DNA of 64,000 nt from Phoronis australis (Eukaryota > Animalia > Phoronida), in assembly GCA_002633005.1 (NCBI GenBank), contig NMRA01000445.1, positions 311,816-375,815 of the forward strand, given 5' to 3'. Each line of letters starts with the position of its first letter. Position 1 is the first letter of the stretch. Positions 62,216-64,000 of this stretch are shown one piece after another. Made by a program: the position numbers and the translations under genes. The notes beneath the pieces were generated by a model. The model saw only the letters and a list, made by a program, of their open reading frames with translations, ran no database searches and was not told the DNA's origin.

Positions 62216-62792
62216 TGTCTGTAAGTGCCGACGCACTCTTGTGTTTGTAGTCTGACTATATTCGCCATCTGTTGGTGGTTTATGTGTTTGCTCTTCAGCT
62301 TCTACCGCGTATATTTTCCACGTGACTAATTCTTCAATAAAATTTTGCATATGTATAACTGCTCGGCACACCATAGTTTATAGCTGTAACGCGCGCCAGC
62401 TTAGCTCATTCGTGCTTCAACGTCCTTACATGTATCTTGAGTTTTGAGTTTAGTCGTGATCTATGCCGCAAATTGGTGTAAGTATTTTGTACTTAGTTTT
62501 GTTACAGTATATAGTCAGTACTTCAACGTAATTTTAACGCGTACTCTGTAACTTTAATTAGCGTTGCCTCTAGTAGTTTGACGTTGTCCGAATAAGAATA
62601 TATGCAATGTTTAATATTAGTATTGTAACTTTGTAAACGACCAACGTATTGTTCAATTGTCTCATAGAACGTTTTTTTTTTATGTTACAGTTGAACCGAG
62701 TAACTATAAGAAAGAAACGAATAAAGTTTGTCAACGCAACTTATGCTCGAGTTCTCCATGTGGCTTTAACGATTTTCGCGACCACACAGACA
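62216..62792 (+). mobile_element. Probable solo LTR (BEL/Pao-like)
   Basis: TGTCTGT ... ACAGACA termini, CGCCATCTGTTGG near the 5' end, internal GTAAGT/TTACAG and AATAAA. The TSD is only imperfect (ATTA/ATGA). Confidence 0.45.
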
Positions 62793-63234
62793 ATGAAGTC
62801 ATTTTATACGAGTAAGTGATAAAAATACAGAAGATGAAATACCAAACATTCCATTAAATTCAACACAGCGCTGGTCATTGCTCAAAATCAAATAGGAAGC
62901 TGAAACGTCATGTAAACATGTGATCTGAGACGCTGTGTACTGCCGTCACATTCGTTCTAGACAGAATATGACATTACCTCTTCAAGCAAGCACTTTTATT
63001 ATACTTACAACAAATTGAGAGGAAGGTGGGCGCAAGAAGGCAATGAGCTAATGTGTGACAACATGTCCTGCGTCAAATAGGGGGCGCTACCTGCAACAAA
63101 AAAATAAAAGAAATATGGCATGGGAAGACAATGAGCTCTTGAGTGACAACGTGTCCATCATCAAATAGGGGGCGCTGTTTCGAACAAAAACTAGCAAATG
63201 ATGGTGAGCTATATGTTCATAGGATGGACCATAT

Positions 63235-63770
63235 ACCTTTTGGGTCCTACCCAGGCTCTTTTTCAGATTCCCGCCCTTCATTGTCCCGTGGTAACCAGGT
63301 GAGACACCTATTGGCCATCAGATGTTTTATCCTTAGGGTGGAGCTTAGTTGTCCACCCCTAAGACAAAACATCTGGCTTCAAAAATGTGGTGCGAGCCAC
63401 AAATTCATCATATTGGGGAAACTCAGTAATTTAGACAGAGTGAAGGAACACGGGCAAAAAAATCTTGGTACTCTCACAGTAGTGGTAGACCACTGTGTGT
63501 CAACCCTTCACAATATTACCGCAAATAATGTGACTATCCTGGCCAAGGAGGACATATTCTGGAGCCGCATAATATGTGCGTCTGTCAAGATCAGGAGGGG
63601 GAACCCTACCTTAATATGGATCCGAGTTATGACCTGTCTCTCATCTATAATTCCATAGCTTCATTTCACCACCGGTAGGTGTCTCACCTGGCTACCACGT
63701 GACGGGGAGGGCGGGAAAGTTCGACACTAAAGAAGGGCTCAGGTAAGACCTGAAAGCTAATGCAATCCAA
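63235..63770. mobile_element. MITE-like element with ~80-bp imperfect inverted repeats
   Basis: TTCCCGCCCT..GTC.CGTGGTAACCAGGTGAGACACCTA (about 63268-63310) is the reverse complement of TAGGTGTCTCACCTGGCTACCACG.GAC..AGGGCGGGAA (about 63676-63718). Confidence 0.65.
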
Positions 63771-63825
63771 AGCTTGACCAGACTCCAAACAGGAGTCACA
63801 TCATGAAATTCATTCCACCAAAAAC

Positions 63826-64000
63826 TAGTGATATTAAATAGTGATATTAAATAGTGATATTAAACAGTGATATTAAACAGTGATATTAAATAGTGATATT
63901 AAACAGTGATATTAAACAGTGATATTAAACAGTGATATTAAATAGTGATATTAAATAGTGATATTAAATAGTGATATTAAATAGTGATATTAAATAGTGA
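63826..64000. repeat. 13-bp tandem repeat (AAAYAGTGATATT)n running off the right edge
   Basis: About 13 near-perfect units differing only at a T/C position. Confidence 0.95.

Noticed and set aside
63143-63658. 171-aa ORF
   Set aside because: No recognisable domain, GTG start, and lies within a MITE-like inverted repeat.

Overview
Eukaryotic (animal, probably marine invertebrate) genomic DNA: AT-rich, repeat-dense, with N gaps. Most short ORFs in the track are noise. Host genes: (1) a complete single-coding-exon GDPD1/GDPD3-type lysophospholipase D (5339-6277, minus) plus the 5' end of a tandem paralog at the left edge; (2) a spliced TTC24-like TPR gene (about 24235-47270, plus) ending in a CaaX box, with an internal ~7.5-kb tandem duplication of a frame-symmetric four-exon module; (3) an isolated cysteine-less Ig V-like exon (minus). 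Mobile DNA: an internally deleted Mag-like Gypsy element with 74-bp LTRs, two miniature LTR elements (TRIMs) whose LTRs contain a tRNA-derived Pol III promoter (the most unusual item), CR1/L2-type LINE fragments, Penelope GIY-YIG fragments with hammerhead-like motifs, tRNA-SINEs, satellite-bearing foldback elements and several MITE families. All calls were made by eye; no alignments or searches were run.
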